DNA of 64,000 nucleotides from Glycera tridactyla (lineage: Eukaryota), in the NCBI GenBank assembly GCA_965644265.1, contig OZ286472.1, positions 44,888,001-44,952,000 of the forward strand, written 5' to 3'. The notes below the pieces were generated by a model that worked only from the letters and a program-made list of their open reading frames with translations, was not told where the DNA came from and did no database searches. Positions 13,401 to 24,690 of this stretch are shown piece by piece. A program made the translations under genes and the position numbers. Numbering within the stretch: position 1 is the first letter of the stretch; every line of letters begins with the position of its first letter.

Positions 13401-16400
13401 TCAATCCAACTAAGATATATATTATTACATCAATATTATATCGATAAAATATTTCTCCCCTACTCAACCAAATATTCAATATCATCTTCAATAGCTGATT
13501 CGTGCTCGATAAAAGTGTCAAAATCTATTTATCAGCATCATAATCAGACTATAAACTCAAACGGGAGGCGGACATCGAAGATTCTACGAAGTGGCTCATG
13601 CAGTAACTATTCTTGCTCACCTCATGGTACTCGGAAGAATGCTGCAAGTGAATGTCTGTACATTTGACGAGTTTTGAGATCCAGCCCCAGTTACTTCTCA
13701 CAGCTAATACGCAGTTCTGAAAGTAAAAGTTTTTTGTGATTACATATATATGATGGTATGATAGTTTATGAACAATAATGGTCTCATTAGGGCAGACGTT
13801 TTGCATATCATGATCATCATTAGTTTTTTTTCACTATCATCGGAAATAGTATCATATTGATATTGCTATTGACTGGTATCAGTAATATCAGTAATACGAC
13901 TGCAATCACATTAATCATCATGCATATCATCATTGTTATTGGTAGAACCTCTGATGTGAACTCAGATCGCACATTGTCTGTAATGTCATAATATCTAATA
14001 AATTTTAACCTGTGCTGCAGCGGGTACTCCGTCGGCGCTGTGCTCTGATCCCTCATCGTGGCCTTTACCACAACCATCTTTCACGAGTGTGCTAGCCCGG
14101 CTGGCGAATTCTACCGACAGGGCCTGAAAAATGAGTCATGAGAATTTATATTCATTCTCTGAGTGAGTGTGGTCAGATTCTTTACTGGCATTATGCTCCA
14201 CACCACATGTACGATTATGCCTGTGAATGAATCCGTTTGAGAGAGACCCCACTGGTCCATCCATCCATCCATCCATCCATCTATCCATCCACATCTCCAT
14301 CCATCCATCCATCCATCCATCCATCCATCTATCCGTCCATCCATCCGTACACCCACCCACCAATCCATCATTCACCAACAGAATCCGATGCAAATTGCAA
14401 TCAATCAACCGACTTCTCATTATTTGACCGATTCATCCGCCGATAGACTCACCCCAAGAAGGTCTTCCAGGCCGGCGATCTGAGAGACATTCTCCAGGCA
14501 GCCGAGACGTTTCCCAGACACCACCTGCAATATCACAGATCGGCCATCAGCTACATTATTCAATCATCTCCTCCAACAATCTGGAGTTGTCTACAGTCAG
14601 TCTACATGCTGACGGAATCACCTATTTAATGACACAATATATCCTATCGATGAAGGAAGAATCAGAAAGCCTTACATCAATCTGAAAGCTGAACGTAAGG
14701 ATCCATCCATGCATTGGGAGTATCCCTGACCCCAAATTCAGAATATGCTAGAGCAGCTATTTTCTACCGTTCTAGCAATATATAGACAGTTGCACACGAG
14801 TCGGGGAGACCGTGGCCTGTCTCCTCGACGAGCGTGCGAGCGTATTTATCACATGCTAAAGTCGAGTTTGGCTCACTCATCCAGGTCGTAGCTGCCCCCT
14901 GATAAAGTCTGTCAAGCTAAATCGTGGCGGCTACGTTTTTTCGTCCTAGCATCGCAATTTCGCTTCAGATTGAAATGAAACTTGCAGACAGGCACTGTTG
15001 ACATCTCCGATGACTAGCAATGTCATCGTGCCGGGGTTCACTTATTTATTGCACCTTAGAACACCAGATTTGTCAATTTCATGCTGGTTTCAGCTGTTGC
15101 GCAACACAAGAACGTTAATCTCACGAGATAATTTGGAGTAGGGGATACTGCGCAGATTCGAGGATACTGCACGGACTCGAGGATACTGCGCAAACTGGAG
15201 GATACTGCTCACGATATCTCATAGCGGGAGTCAGGCCTGCAAATGGCGGATACGCGGTCCTAGCATGTGATAAAATATAGTATCATCCTATGTTGATTTA
15301 GTTCGTTTTCAGACAGTGTATCGGCATATACTTTGAACTCGGCCCCTTTTCTCGCTTGCAACTTCCAAGGATCCATCGGAGCAGCGACCATGACTTCTCT
15401 ACACATTCAACTATTCTCTTGTATACAGTTTGAATTAGGCAAAGTGAGAAAAGACGTACCTTGAGTCCACCATATGCCCCACGCACTTCTTCCTGAAACA
15501 AACATGATCACAATAAAGCCTAGAATCATGGTCAGATGTGCATGGTTATTTTGACAGTACGCCACTGATGTGAATATGCTTGAATGTTTGTTTTTCTATT
15601 CGATTGAGAGTTACCAGCTAAAATAAATCATTTAGCGCTGCACATGCGATAGCGACCACGCATCTGCTGTTACGTTCATAGAAAGGGAGAGACTGCCATA
15701 TGACATGCTTCCAACTTGAGTGTAAGAACAGCTATCCGAATACCAGCATTTCGAACCAATTGAGAGGGCCCGAAATAGGCCACATCCCAACACGATAAAT
15801 ATTCAGTACCCTAGAGTGAACTTTATTCGAGAACTCTAAGGTGAGGATATTCATCCATTAGGAGTCTGCCTCTGTGGAAGAATCTTGAGAGTTTTATCGC
15901 CGCATATTATTCTCTAAGCCTCGTCATTCTTTGCCTGATCTAATCTGTGGATCTTTACTGTATCCTTCCTGGATTCTCCAGCACGACTGAAGCAGTGATT
16001 GTATTAGGACTAGTTAACCCCCGCAGGGGGTTTGTGGTGCTGACAGGTAAATAAGTAGCGTCTTTATCAAGTTGGAACATGAGTAGACTCTCAGGAATGC
16101 GAAGTGTTGTCAAATGATTTTGTAGATGCGGTTTACGGTTTTGGTGTTGAGACAGGCCAATTTGGAGATTTACCGTTAGGACACATGGAGGATGTGTCGC
16201 AAACAGGCAGGAGCTCCAAAGCGCAGAACACGCGTACATACTAAAACCTTCCGACGTAGTTCATGCGTCAACTCCTGTCAGAGCTCAGCCACAAGGGAGC
16301 CTTGTCTACAGTTATTAAATAGCAGTTTAATTTCAGTGACATGCCCGAGCACACAACTTTCGACACACATGGCTGAGTTCGGGGCACGCCAGTTATAAGC

Positions 16401-19400
16401 TGTTCCACTTACACGTGTGACAATCCCGTAAAATATGCCGAATGTGGTTAATACGAACTCTCACAAGAATCAATGCTATCAGGCTATCAGGCTTGGATGT
16501 CAGTTTCCAGCCGATTAATCACTGATATGACTTTTATCTTTCATCAGGTACTTATATGCCTATTGCATAGACATCTCAATGTAGCCGAGATGGTGCTTAT
16601 GAGACGTTAAACCAATCAAACAAACCGACTGCCTGACCGATAATATGGTTAGATATTCTATTGGTAGGTTCATTCTTTCCACCTTGAGATAGCACACGTG
16701 TGTCTGATATTGATATTGGCTGATATTTCCAATTGATGGCGTTCCTTATTCCCCTTTATCTGTTCATGCTTGCTTGTGAGGGACCAATCATCAAGCTTTC
16801 GTAGAACTGGGACACGCAGCATATGCAATTCTTCAGATTTGAACCCGCCGTTTCACTCTGACTTAGCAACCAACCATATACCTCCCCACATACAGATTAG
16901 TAAACTGAGATATGTTCTGGTTGCATCAAAAGGTCCAATACCATTTGTCAAAATTGACTCAATTCAGGAAAGAAATTGGCGGCCAGACAAGTTGGACAGC
17001 CTTCCGATTGGTAAAGTACACGTGTAGATTCCATGCAAGTTTTTAAATGTTGATTCCCAACACTATTGATCCATTCTGCCGTGACTATCAACAATTAACG
17101 TCGTATTCAACACAGCAAGGAGAGTCGACTAGTTCTAGATGACATGCACAATAACACCCTCGTTGTTTGCTCGCATTATGTTTTATAAGTGCCTGTATCC
17201 TAATCTCCTCTAGAAGCAGAGCGAAGAATAAAGGAGCTAACTTGTCTGATGTATGTGTTGTCAGCATACATGTATCATATGACACAACAAGGTAAATATG
17301 GCTGCCAAATGCTTGGACGATTCTCTCATTGTATGTAAGTCTTGAGTGACTATTTTTTCTCCACATTATGAAGTTCATTTCTGTCAAATATACACTCTAT
17401 TTCGCGTGTTTGATCTTGGCAAACTGGCATGAGAAATGAACATATTATGCTCAATAATGACAACTTCACTAATACCTCTCGAATAAAAAAGACTCTTTCC
17501 GGTTCTAGAATTAAATACGGATGTGTCGCTTTTAACTTGCTAACGTCGAACTAGTCAAAGCAATGGATGAGCAGAATGCTACTTGATTCTTAGGCTCGCA
17601 CCATTTCACTACCCTACCCTGTTAGAAGGAACTGCACTCAGCTAGAGTTCATTCCATTTCACCATCAATTGAAAGCCAGGATCGGTCCCCTGAATTCACC
17701 CCAACCATGTCCATTACATGGGTGTTCAAATGTACCTCAGTCGACCCTCATGAAACGTAAATCGAACAAAGAAACAAAGAAACAAACAACCTAGACAGCC
17801 AACATACGTTTATAGTTGTGTGATGATCCAGCAAAATGCTTAGGGTCACGACACGAGGGATGGATGACATGCTTGTGCAGCTATCATTCTCCCCAGGAAG
17901 GAGTCATCTGTACTTGAGTGGTCTAATTGCGCTGTGCTCAAATTGCATTTTTATTGTGCTGTAATGTGCACTGGTTGGGTCAAATCGCTGCTGAAACGAT
18001 AATTCGCATGACCGGTTCACTTTATATGGTTAGATAATGTGCCGTGTACAACATGTATAAGTCGCAAGGTGAACCTCAGCATTTGCTGGATATTAGACCC
18101 TTGTATACCAAAATGAAGGCTATTTCGGGCTGTATGTAAATGTGATCTGTCAACAAGTCTGCTTCCAACCTTCAGACGACAGATACACCAATTTATTCAA
18201 CGAAATAAGTCTGATACAATGACTGCATATTTTGAAAGATCATCGCTAACGTATACTTTTGAAGTCGCGTATCGATTGTCGTTTTCCATTGCTATATACC
18301 CATATTCACATTGACTGACATCAACCTGCTAGCTATGACTGTAGATAACTTTTATGTATCCGAACGTCAACAATCACGACCTTACACATATATTTTTCCC
18401 TCAAGGCAGATTTGACGTGACTGGCATTGTCTACAAGCGTGTCACTTTTTGAGTGACAGAGGAAGGAGGGGTTGCTGCTTACTTTGTATGCACAGTGGTT
18501 TGCCGGGATGAGAATTTCGACACGTAATGTTGACAAAGCTTAGTCATTCTTTTTTGTCATTCGTTTTCATATCAAACATTCATGAGAGAAGAAATATAAC
18601 AGTAGCCCATACACAAAACGACAGACACATCTGCATTCCTGAATGAAAATTAGGAAGACCAGAACCATAAAGGTTAGGATGAGAAAAGGATGAAGGTGCA
18701 TGAAAGTACATTAAAGTGGTATTTAGAGTTGAAAGGATGGCCTTGAATAGTATCTTGCTCAATGGATGTCTCGCTCGGGATCATTTCAAACGTGATCGCA
18801 GATATATTTTCATAGCTCGAAGCTCACTATCTGTGAACTCCCTCTCCAGTAGCTACTCTATGTTAGCTATGATATCCATAAAATATTCATAAATCTTCTC
18901 TTTCAACGCAGTCAAATTCAACATATACCTATGTGAGCAATGGTAGGATTCAACCATATTTCTTTGTACGCCTATTAAAACAGGTGAACAACCTCAACCT
19001 ACATATCCAATGATGCAGATCATGATATACTCCTTCCTGCCAGATGTGATGAGTTATGACAGGGGTATGCACCAGTGACTAATGCTTGACGGGAATATAT
19101 TGGTTTCAGAAAATATCTATATCCCCATCCCAAGTTCTATCAACAATATCCAAATAATTTATCTGAGATATCGAGCAAACTGCATTTATCGTGATCCATC
19201 GCCCTTCACAGGATGCGGAACCCTCAGGTAGACATACATCGCAAATTGATGCAGTCAAATGACTGGTAACTTTCAAAAAGCAAATAACCTGCTATGTAGG
19301 ACACAGGCGATTTATCTGCCCATTTGTCGGTCTGCCCCTTTTCCTGTCTACCTGTCTGCCTATACAGTGATCCAGTTGTCCATTTGTCTCCATCCTGGCG

Positions 19401-22400
19401 CAGGATATTGAATGTCCAGTTGATGATTTGTGAATGTCACTCACTTAATAAATCAGCTAACCACTCAAGACGTCTTAGAAATATCATTTCTTGATTGGAC
19501 AACAACTCGACGTTACTCGGCATAACAGAGTTAGCAGGCATATGAGCTGTTTCTATGTTACGTAAATACTTGTATGTTTGTGCATGCACAAACACATGTG
19601 AAGGATCCTCAGACCATTCGAGGCAGCAAAGGGTTTTACACTCACAGAATACCTTCGCCTCATCTACTCTTGTACTCTAAGCACATGGAGGTCAAGCAAA
19701 TATCAAGATCACTCGAGGTAGTGGTCTGATGGAGAAGTTTCAAGTCAATCGTCCAGTGTTTGTTCAAAGAGTGCCCAGTACTGGATGGATTATTGGATAG
19801 GTAAGTCAGTTGGTCATTTGCTTGGTTTATTGGTAGTCAAATGGTCAATTGGGCAAGAGGTCTTCATGACGTCTGTGCAAAGTGTGTGAGTGACAACGAC
19901 TGCTATTGGGTCCTCCGAATTATGTTCCCGACAGCCTATCTACTGACTAAAATTGCTATCCATCTTGGTACTCAAATTCACTGGAATTAGCTATTTCAAC
20001 CGACATTAGAAAGAATATACGAGCACTCGGTTAGATAAGGCAAACTCTCAGACTTACCTCATCCTTTTTCACTTTGTTGACAGTTTTATCGAAGTTTTGC
20101 ACGATTTGATTTCTCTCATATTGATCCGATAAAGCGTCTGAAACGGCCTTCTTGTTCTCCCCGAAACCCTCTGACCTGTGCACGAGCTGCAGAAGAACAG
20201 AAATTACTAATTGACATGAGATGATTGCATATATCATTGCACAAAAGTGACATATTTGTTACATATGACGGCTTGCTCTGGTAATGAGCTACAAAATTAA
20301 TGAATTCATAATGATCCCACGCAACAGGTTCACCCTACTCAACAAATGAATATCTCTGTCAGGCCTCTTCAAATATGAGCCTTTATCAACTGCTTCTTGA
20401 CTGCCCGGCCAAAAATACCGGATAAACTGCGTGGGATGAGCAGTATAATCACATCCATTGTCTCTACACCTGTTTGAATCATATCGGCTGTACAGACGTC
20501 CGACTCAGTCACCTTAAAACTGATGTCTCCAGTGTGATGAATGCAGCTCTATGTAACAATGCATGTGCAGTATTGAATGGTGAACCTGGCAAACATGATC
20601 ACCCATCCGAGTAGGAGCTCAGCTCACCATTGCATAACAATGCGACACATGGAAATAAGGAGTGGCTGCAGATGACTCGACTCTTGATTCTTAGCGCCGG
20701 TACCCCCCATCTCGACAGATACAACTAAAATTCACGAACATTACAATCAAGCCAGTCATAGGTCCAACACCATCCATATCCACATAAAAATGAATTAGCT
20801 CATATAGGCATGATATTCCTCTCTATGTAATGAGTCTTCTTTTAGAGGCATGAATACAGAAAACACCAAATTATACACGAAGAGCCCATTTCAACATCAT
20901 TATCCTGTTTCAATTATTCTCGATAATCCTAATTAGAAATGATTTACTCGCATCGCAGTATATAAAACTTTGATGGGTCAAAAACAGAGAAAATCTTGGC
21001 ATTTGGCCCAGGCCATCCGAGAATGTGGGACAGGACATTATGGTATTATTCATGGGCGCAGCGATTACCCCCCCCCCCCCCCTCCCACCGCGTGCATTAT
21101 AATTATGTCGTATTACATTCTGGAGGTAGACGCGTGCCTGTAGCCAAAGCCTTCTCTATCATATAGCACAAAGCCAAATTGCATTCTCACACTCGAAAGC
21201 TTTAAATCGAGCACACAGCTCAATGGGGTGAACTTAAGTCCAATTATATCGACGGGACAACAAGTCAGCTATATTGTCAATTACAACTAACGCTATTCAC
21301 ATAATGAACTTCAATGGAATTGAGGTGGCGCTTTATAATTTGTTGGCGTGACGCACCGTTAACTGGCTGATTGATGATCCTAATATACTGTACACTTTTT
21401 AGGTGGCACATTCTTTATTCGGCGCCAGCAGCCGCATGCAGTTATGACACTTGTCACTCCATTTACCATTGTTGGAAAAGCTCAATTCCGGACGTCTATT
21501 GCTGAATATCAGCACCAGACCTGTTCGATGCAACCATTTTAATTAGCCATTTGACCTCTCACACAGTGACAATCAGTCATCACCTTGAAAAATATTCACT
21601 CTGAAAGGCGTCATGGGTGGCCGAGTTTAACTCCATATACGCTGAACGAAAATGGAGTAGTGTCGAATACAATTGAGCAAGTGCTCTTGTCAGATTCTAT
21701 CTTGAATTTTGAAATATATAGGTCAGAAAAAAACGACTGAGCTTGTCAATATTCATTCTTTTAAAGGTGTTCGAAATATGACTGCAAAACATTTTGACCG
21801 GGAACACACGGTCAACATAATCATCTGGGTCAATACACGCCCTTGAATATCAAGCAAACGGAGTAATCACAACGAGACTCGTATTGCAGCTCGACGGAAT
21901 ATCCATAAAGCGGGTGAATGATAACTGCCAGGCAATGAGGACCTACGATTAAGACGAACTATATTATTGAAAGAATCAGTTATTGTTTATAATACCAGGG
22001 GGCTTGCTTTGCTGAGGAGTTCCGCCGCCTACGGCGATGTGAGATGTCTTCGCAAGGACGTAGGTGTAAATTTATGAGACAAGCTTGAAGAGGTATCTGT
22101 GTCTCGCCTTACAGCGGATAGGGATGTCTCGAAAATCTCCCAGATCTTGAAATTGCAACCACGTTATTCAGCATGTATATCACTGTATCCCGATGATTCT
22201 GAATATACTATGATTAATTTTCAGAATGTTTCAAACCCTCATTAATCTGTTTCTTTTTCAATCATTATGTGAATTGTAATTCTGAAAAAGAAAAGTAGTT
22301 GGGAACCACCTGCAAATCACACCTGACACGTTCAGTGAAGATAATGTGATACGACAAGGTACATCAACTTCACATGCCATGGTCAATCTTAACTGCATCT

Positions 22401-23439
22401 ACGCACCAAGAAGAAGTTCAAGACACCTTAGTCAGTCTCACTACCCTGAAAGGGTGATAAATTGACCGTGCATGAGGTGAGCCATGAGGTGAGTCATGAG
22501 GTGAGCCATGATGTACGTCCTTAAAATTAAACACACTCAAAAGACATTAGGCACAAGATATTTGGTACGTCTGCATGATCTGATCGATACAATGCTCGTT
22601 TTGCAGAGATATCATGAGTGTTATGTTTCGAGACGAAATGAAACGTAGTCATCAAATATCATTTCGGTGAGAAGAAGAGGGTGAGATAGGGGAACGATGG
22701 GACAGAAGCGGGAGTTTCATGATAGATATATTCGAATGTATGACGAAAGAATGTGGACCCACAATATAGGCACCAGTTAATCAGGGAGAGGAGGGGTGGT
22801 GGAATATCCGTACCTGGCACCCACTGGATAGGAGTGGGACGCGGCCTACATGCTGATAATTTTACTTTAGGCGTTATCAATTTCGGAACCAACACTTTCG
22901 ACTCCGGAATCTACAAAGGTTTGCCAAGTCTGCTTTTTTTCACAGCTGGACCTCATTTACTCCTTGAGAGATACAGCCAACAACTCCTGTATTCTGTACC
23001 TGGAACCAGCCGACGCTACTTTGGTATAACCTAATATATATCCTTGTCCTGGATAAGCATCGGAGCGGTTTCCATCATCAGACAGGAAAAGATGCGAAAA
23101 GCACGTGTGTTTTATAGAATGTCCTTGCTAGTCAACCTAACATCTCCATGCAATATTTCAAGACATTCCGATTTGCAAGAACATATACGAGAACTTCAGG
23201 GGTGTACTTATCGCTTCTGGTTGAATGTCTAGCATCAGGTATGTTGTATGGTGTATACAAATCAACTGCCGGATGATCAGCCACTGCAGAGATAGCACGT
23301 GAGACCAATATACATTCAATAGCCTTCGAGTAAGAAATTAGGTCACAGATTGACAGCCAGTTGGTCGGAGCTGACTTACCTCTTCGTCTTTTATCCACCG
23401 GAGACAGCTCTGTGGGTTGTCTGGGTCCACCATTTTCCC
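4312..23439 (-). CDS. Plakin-family (spectraplakin/periplakin-like) gene, partial; 17 exons, 658 aa assembled
   Basis: Hand-assembled GT-AG exon chain with matching phases, 1974 nt, open throughout. Peptides align by eye to the plectin/periplakin plakin domain (FGENKKAV ~ WGVDLPSV; [17 protein letters not shown] ~ TQWSWMLQLCCCIEAHL; [16 protein letters not shown]...WKVRT...[15 protein letters not shown] = SH3 insert) and end in a plectin repeat ([24 protein letters not shown]). Confidence 0.9.
4629..4898. mobile_element. PIF/Harbinger-like MITE, 270 bp
   Basis: 17-bp TIR GGGCCTGTTTTACT(G/A)AA (16/17 match), 3-bp TSD CTG (4626-4628, 4899-4901), internal TAGGGGGA/TCCCCCTA subterminal repeats. 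Confidence 0.85.
5702..5873 (-). CDS. Plakin exon 16 ([10 protein letters not shown]...[11 protein letters not shown])
   Basis: ttcatcacag acceptor, G|gtaaat donor, phase 0 to 1; joins to GVVDP giving [14 protein letters not shown]. Confidence 0.9.
6446..6560 (-). CDS. Plakin exon 15 (Gly/Ser-rich linker ASGSSMLG...ERSYSEG)
   Basis: ttttctcgaatttcag acceptor, GGA|gtaagt donor, phase 2 to 0 fits both neighbours. Confidence 0.82.
6819..6944 (-). CDS. Plakin exon 14 ([41 protein letters not shown])
   Basis: ttcgttttcag acceptor, AG|gtcagt donor, phase 2 to 2. Confidence 0.85.
7232..7300 (-). mobile_element. Short 3' tip of a LINE/SINE (stem-loop plus (TTTCTG)n tail)
   Basis: (GAAACA)3 GAAA at 7232-7253 next to hairpin CTGACT-10nt-AGTCAG (7277-7298). 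Confidence 0.4.
8076..8265 (-). CDS. Plakin exon 13 ([22 protein letters not shown]...LTIEELR)
   Basis: tttattgtcttacag acceptor, AG|gtgaga donor, phase 1 to 2, helical composition. Confidence 0.9.
8816..8993 (-). CDS. Plakin exon 12 ([21 protein letters not shown]...GNLSDQ)
   Basis: ctttcag acceptor, G|gtgaga donor, phase 0 to 1. Confidence 0.88.
9480..9585 (-). CDS. Plakin exon 11 ([35 protein letters not shown])
   Basis: ttctctcatccag acceptor, GAG|gtaagt donor, phase 2 to 0; matches the helix after SH3 in plectin. Confidence 0.9.
9909..10000 (-). CDS. Plakin exon 10 (SH3 C-half: [30 protein letters not shown])
   Basis: ttctcatattttag acceptor, AC|gtaagt donor, phase 0 to 2; VPSV..LIP.PD motif. 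Confidence 0.93.
10809..10871 (-). CDS. Plakin exon 9 (SH3: [21 protein letters not shown])
   Basis: tgttccag acceptor, AAG|gtaagg donor, phase 0 to 0. Confidence 0.93.
12229..12375 (-). CDS. Plakin exon 8 ([29 protein letters not shown]...LCDYRTKD)
   Basis: gatttcag acceptor, GAT|gtaagt donor, phase 0 to 0; LCDY SH3 start. Confidence 0.93.
12945..13076 (-). CDS. Plakin exon 7 ([16 protein letters not shown]...KQFLLDVK)
   Basis: gattttag acceptor, AAG|gttggt donor, phase 0 to 0; FF.E..E spectrin-repeat start. Confidence 0.88.
13621..13716 (-). CDS. Plakin exon 6 ([32 protein letters not shown])
   Basis: cttttactttcag acceptor, GAG|gtgagc donor, phase 0 to 0; W.W...L..C...HL plakin signature. 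Confidence 0.93.
14010..14123 (-). CDS. Plakin exon 5 ([17 protein letters not shown]...GVPAAAQ)
   Basis: catttttcag acceptor, CAG|gttaaa donor; only the phase-0 frame is open; weak similarity to ALMRELE...EDHPA. Confidence 0.75.
14256..14370. repeat. (CCAT)n microsatellite in plakin intron
   Basis: Visible imperfect CCAT run. Confidence 0.95.
14453..14524 (-). CDS. Plakin exon 4 ([24 protein letters not shown])
   Basis: tattgcag acceptor, GGG|gtgagt donor, phase 0 to 0; S.KRL..LE ~ plectin SKARLRSLE. Confidence 0.87.
14793..15277 (-). mobile_element. Non-autonomous Helentron-like element (HINE)
   Basis: 14-bp inverted repeat TTTATCACATGCTA (14845-14858 / 15261-15274), 11-bp-stem hairpin at 14800-14829 outside one IR, four 19-bp tandem units GGATACTGC... 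at 15143-15216. Confidence 0.6.
15460..15492 (-). CDS. Plakin exon 3, 33-nt mini-exon ([11 protein letters not shown])
   Basis: tgtttgtttcag acceptor, AAG|gtacgt donor, phase 0 to 0; with exon 4 gives [19 protein letters not shown] ~ LDLQYAKLLNSSKARLRSL. Confidence 0.78.
20058..20186 (-). CDS. Plakin exon 2 ([43 protein letters not shown])
   Basis: ctgttcttctgcag acceptor, GAG|gtaagt donor, phase 0 to 0. Confidence 0.9.
23380..23439 (-). CDS. Plakin exon 1 of the recognisable chain ([20 protein letters not shown])
   Basis: gtgcatttcag acceptor, GAG|gtaagt donor, phase 0 to 0; L.W....E helix-A motif. Confidence 0.8.
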
Positions 23440-24519
23440 CTGAAATGCACATCAAATATGTCATGAGTGTGCTGCCTAGATTATATCTCATATACAAGTG
23501 AGCAACACCTGGACTGCCTAAGGTAAAACTGAAAAAGTAACACCATGAATAGGCGGGTCTAGACGTCGCGCCTGACTACGTAACTATCACCACCCATTCA
23601 CTTTATTCTCCTGAAAAAAAGAAGCTCGACTCGAATAGTGATTTTTGCTTTGTCATGAAAATAAGTGCTACCGATGACATGTACATTCATGGGAATATTA
23701 TTGGAAGGGGGGGGGGGGTCAATATGATAATTGGTATGATTCCGATGGATAACGGCACTTCTGCATACAACCCCCTGTATTGTCTTCTGTGTATCACTGT
23801 GTGATAATTATTAAAGAAATCCAGCATCCGTAAATGCGTTGTAGTCGTCCGGGGGGGGGGGGGGGGGGGTTAAATCAAAATCTTCACTGGCAAGACAATG
23901 TGAATAACTAGGGACGAATAAGATCTCATCAATAACAAAAAACACTACTTTGTCAGTGTCAGGCAATACATTGATGTCACTATAAATAAATACCTCGGTG
24001 TTATCACGTTGAGTGTGGATATTGTGCAATATATTTCTACACATTTTTCTAGCAGTGTTGCCTTGCATACTGAACTCCAAACATCCTGATTTCGTTTACA
24101 GGTAAGCGATCATTAAGCGCCCGCCATTAAAAAGTGTGCTGCGCCAGGCCCGGCCTGGCTGTCCGGACAGTCCAGACAGCAGAGGGAAAGAACGTTGAGT
24201 GATGTTCTAACTTCGACCCCTCACACTTACTCCTACATCTAGAACATTGGCTTTACTAGCACCCATCCACGCTGTGTCTATTCAGTAGCCCAATCCTCGC
24301 TTCATTTGTGTATATTTTCCCTGAGAAATATACACGAAAAGCGTGTTTCCATATTGAACTCCTCTCTTTTCTCCCGTTTTTTCTCCATCAATTCGTGCGA
24401 TCCCCCAATCTTCACTTCACTCATTATTCTATTCTGTCGCTTTCGCGATAATTCATCCATCCTGTTTTTCCTCCCCCACGCTTTATTTATCCACTCACCC
24501 GCGATCCACCTACATGCCT

Positions 24520-24690
24520 ACCAGCGAATCACCTGCCTGCCTGTCGCCAAACTACCCACATACCCACCTACCTTTCTCCCTACCCAACATCTACCTCCCT
24601 CCCTACCCCACATCCACCACCCTACCTATCTACCGTCCCGCATGTCTGTCTATCTATGTGTCTGTCTGTCTATCCACCTGTCTGCCTGCT
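24520..24690. repeat. Degenerate CCTA/CTGT tetranucleotide low-complexity tract
   Basis: Visible composition. Confidence 0.8.

Noticed and set aside
19653-19676. Possible 24-nt plakin micro-exon (STRVDEAK)
   Set aside because: Modest splice signals, and spacing relative to periplakin fits without it
24085-24108. TTTCGTTTACAG-GTAAGC, a recursive-splice-site-like AG|GT on the plus strand
   Set aside because: No evidence that the plus strand is transcribed here; such junctions occur by chance
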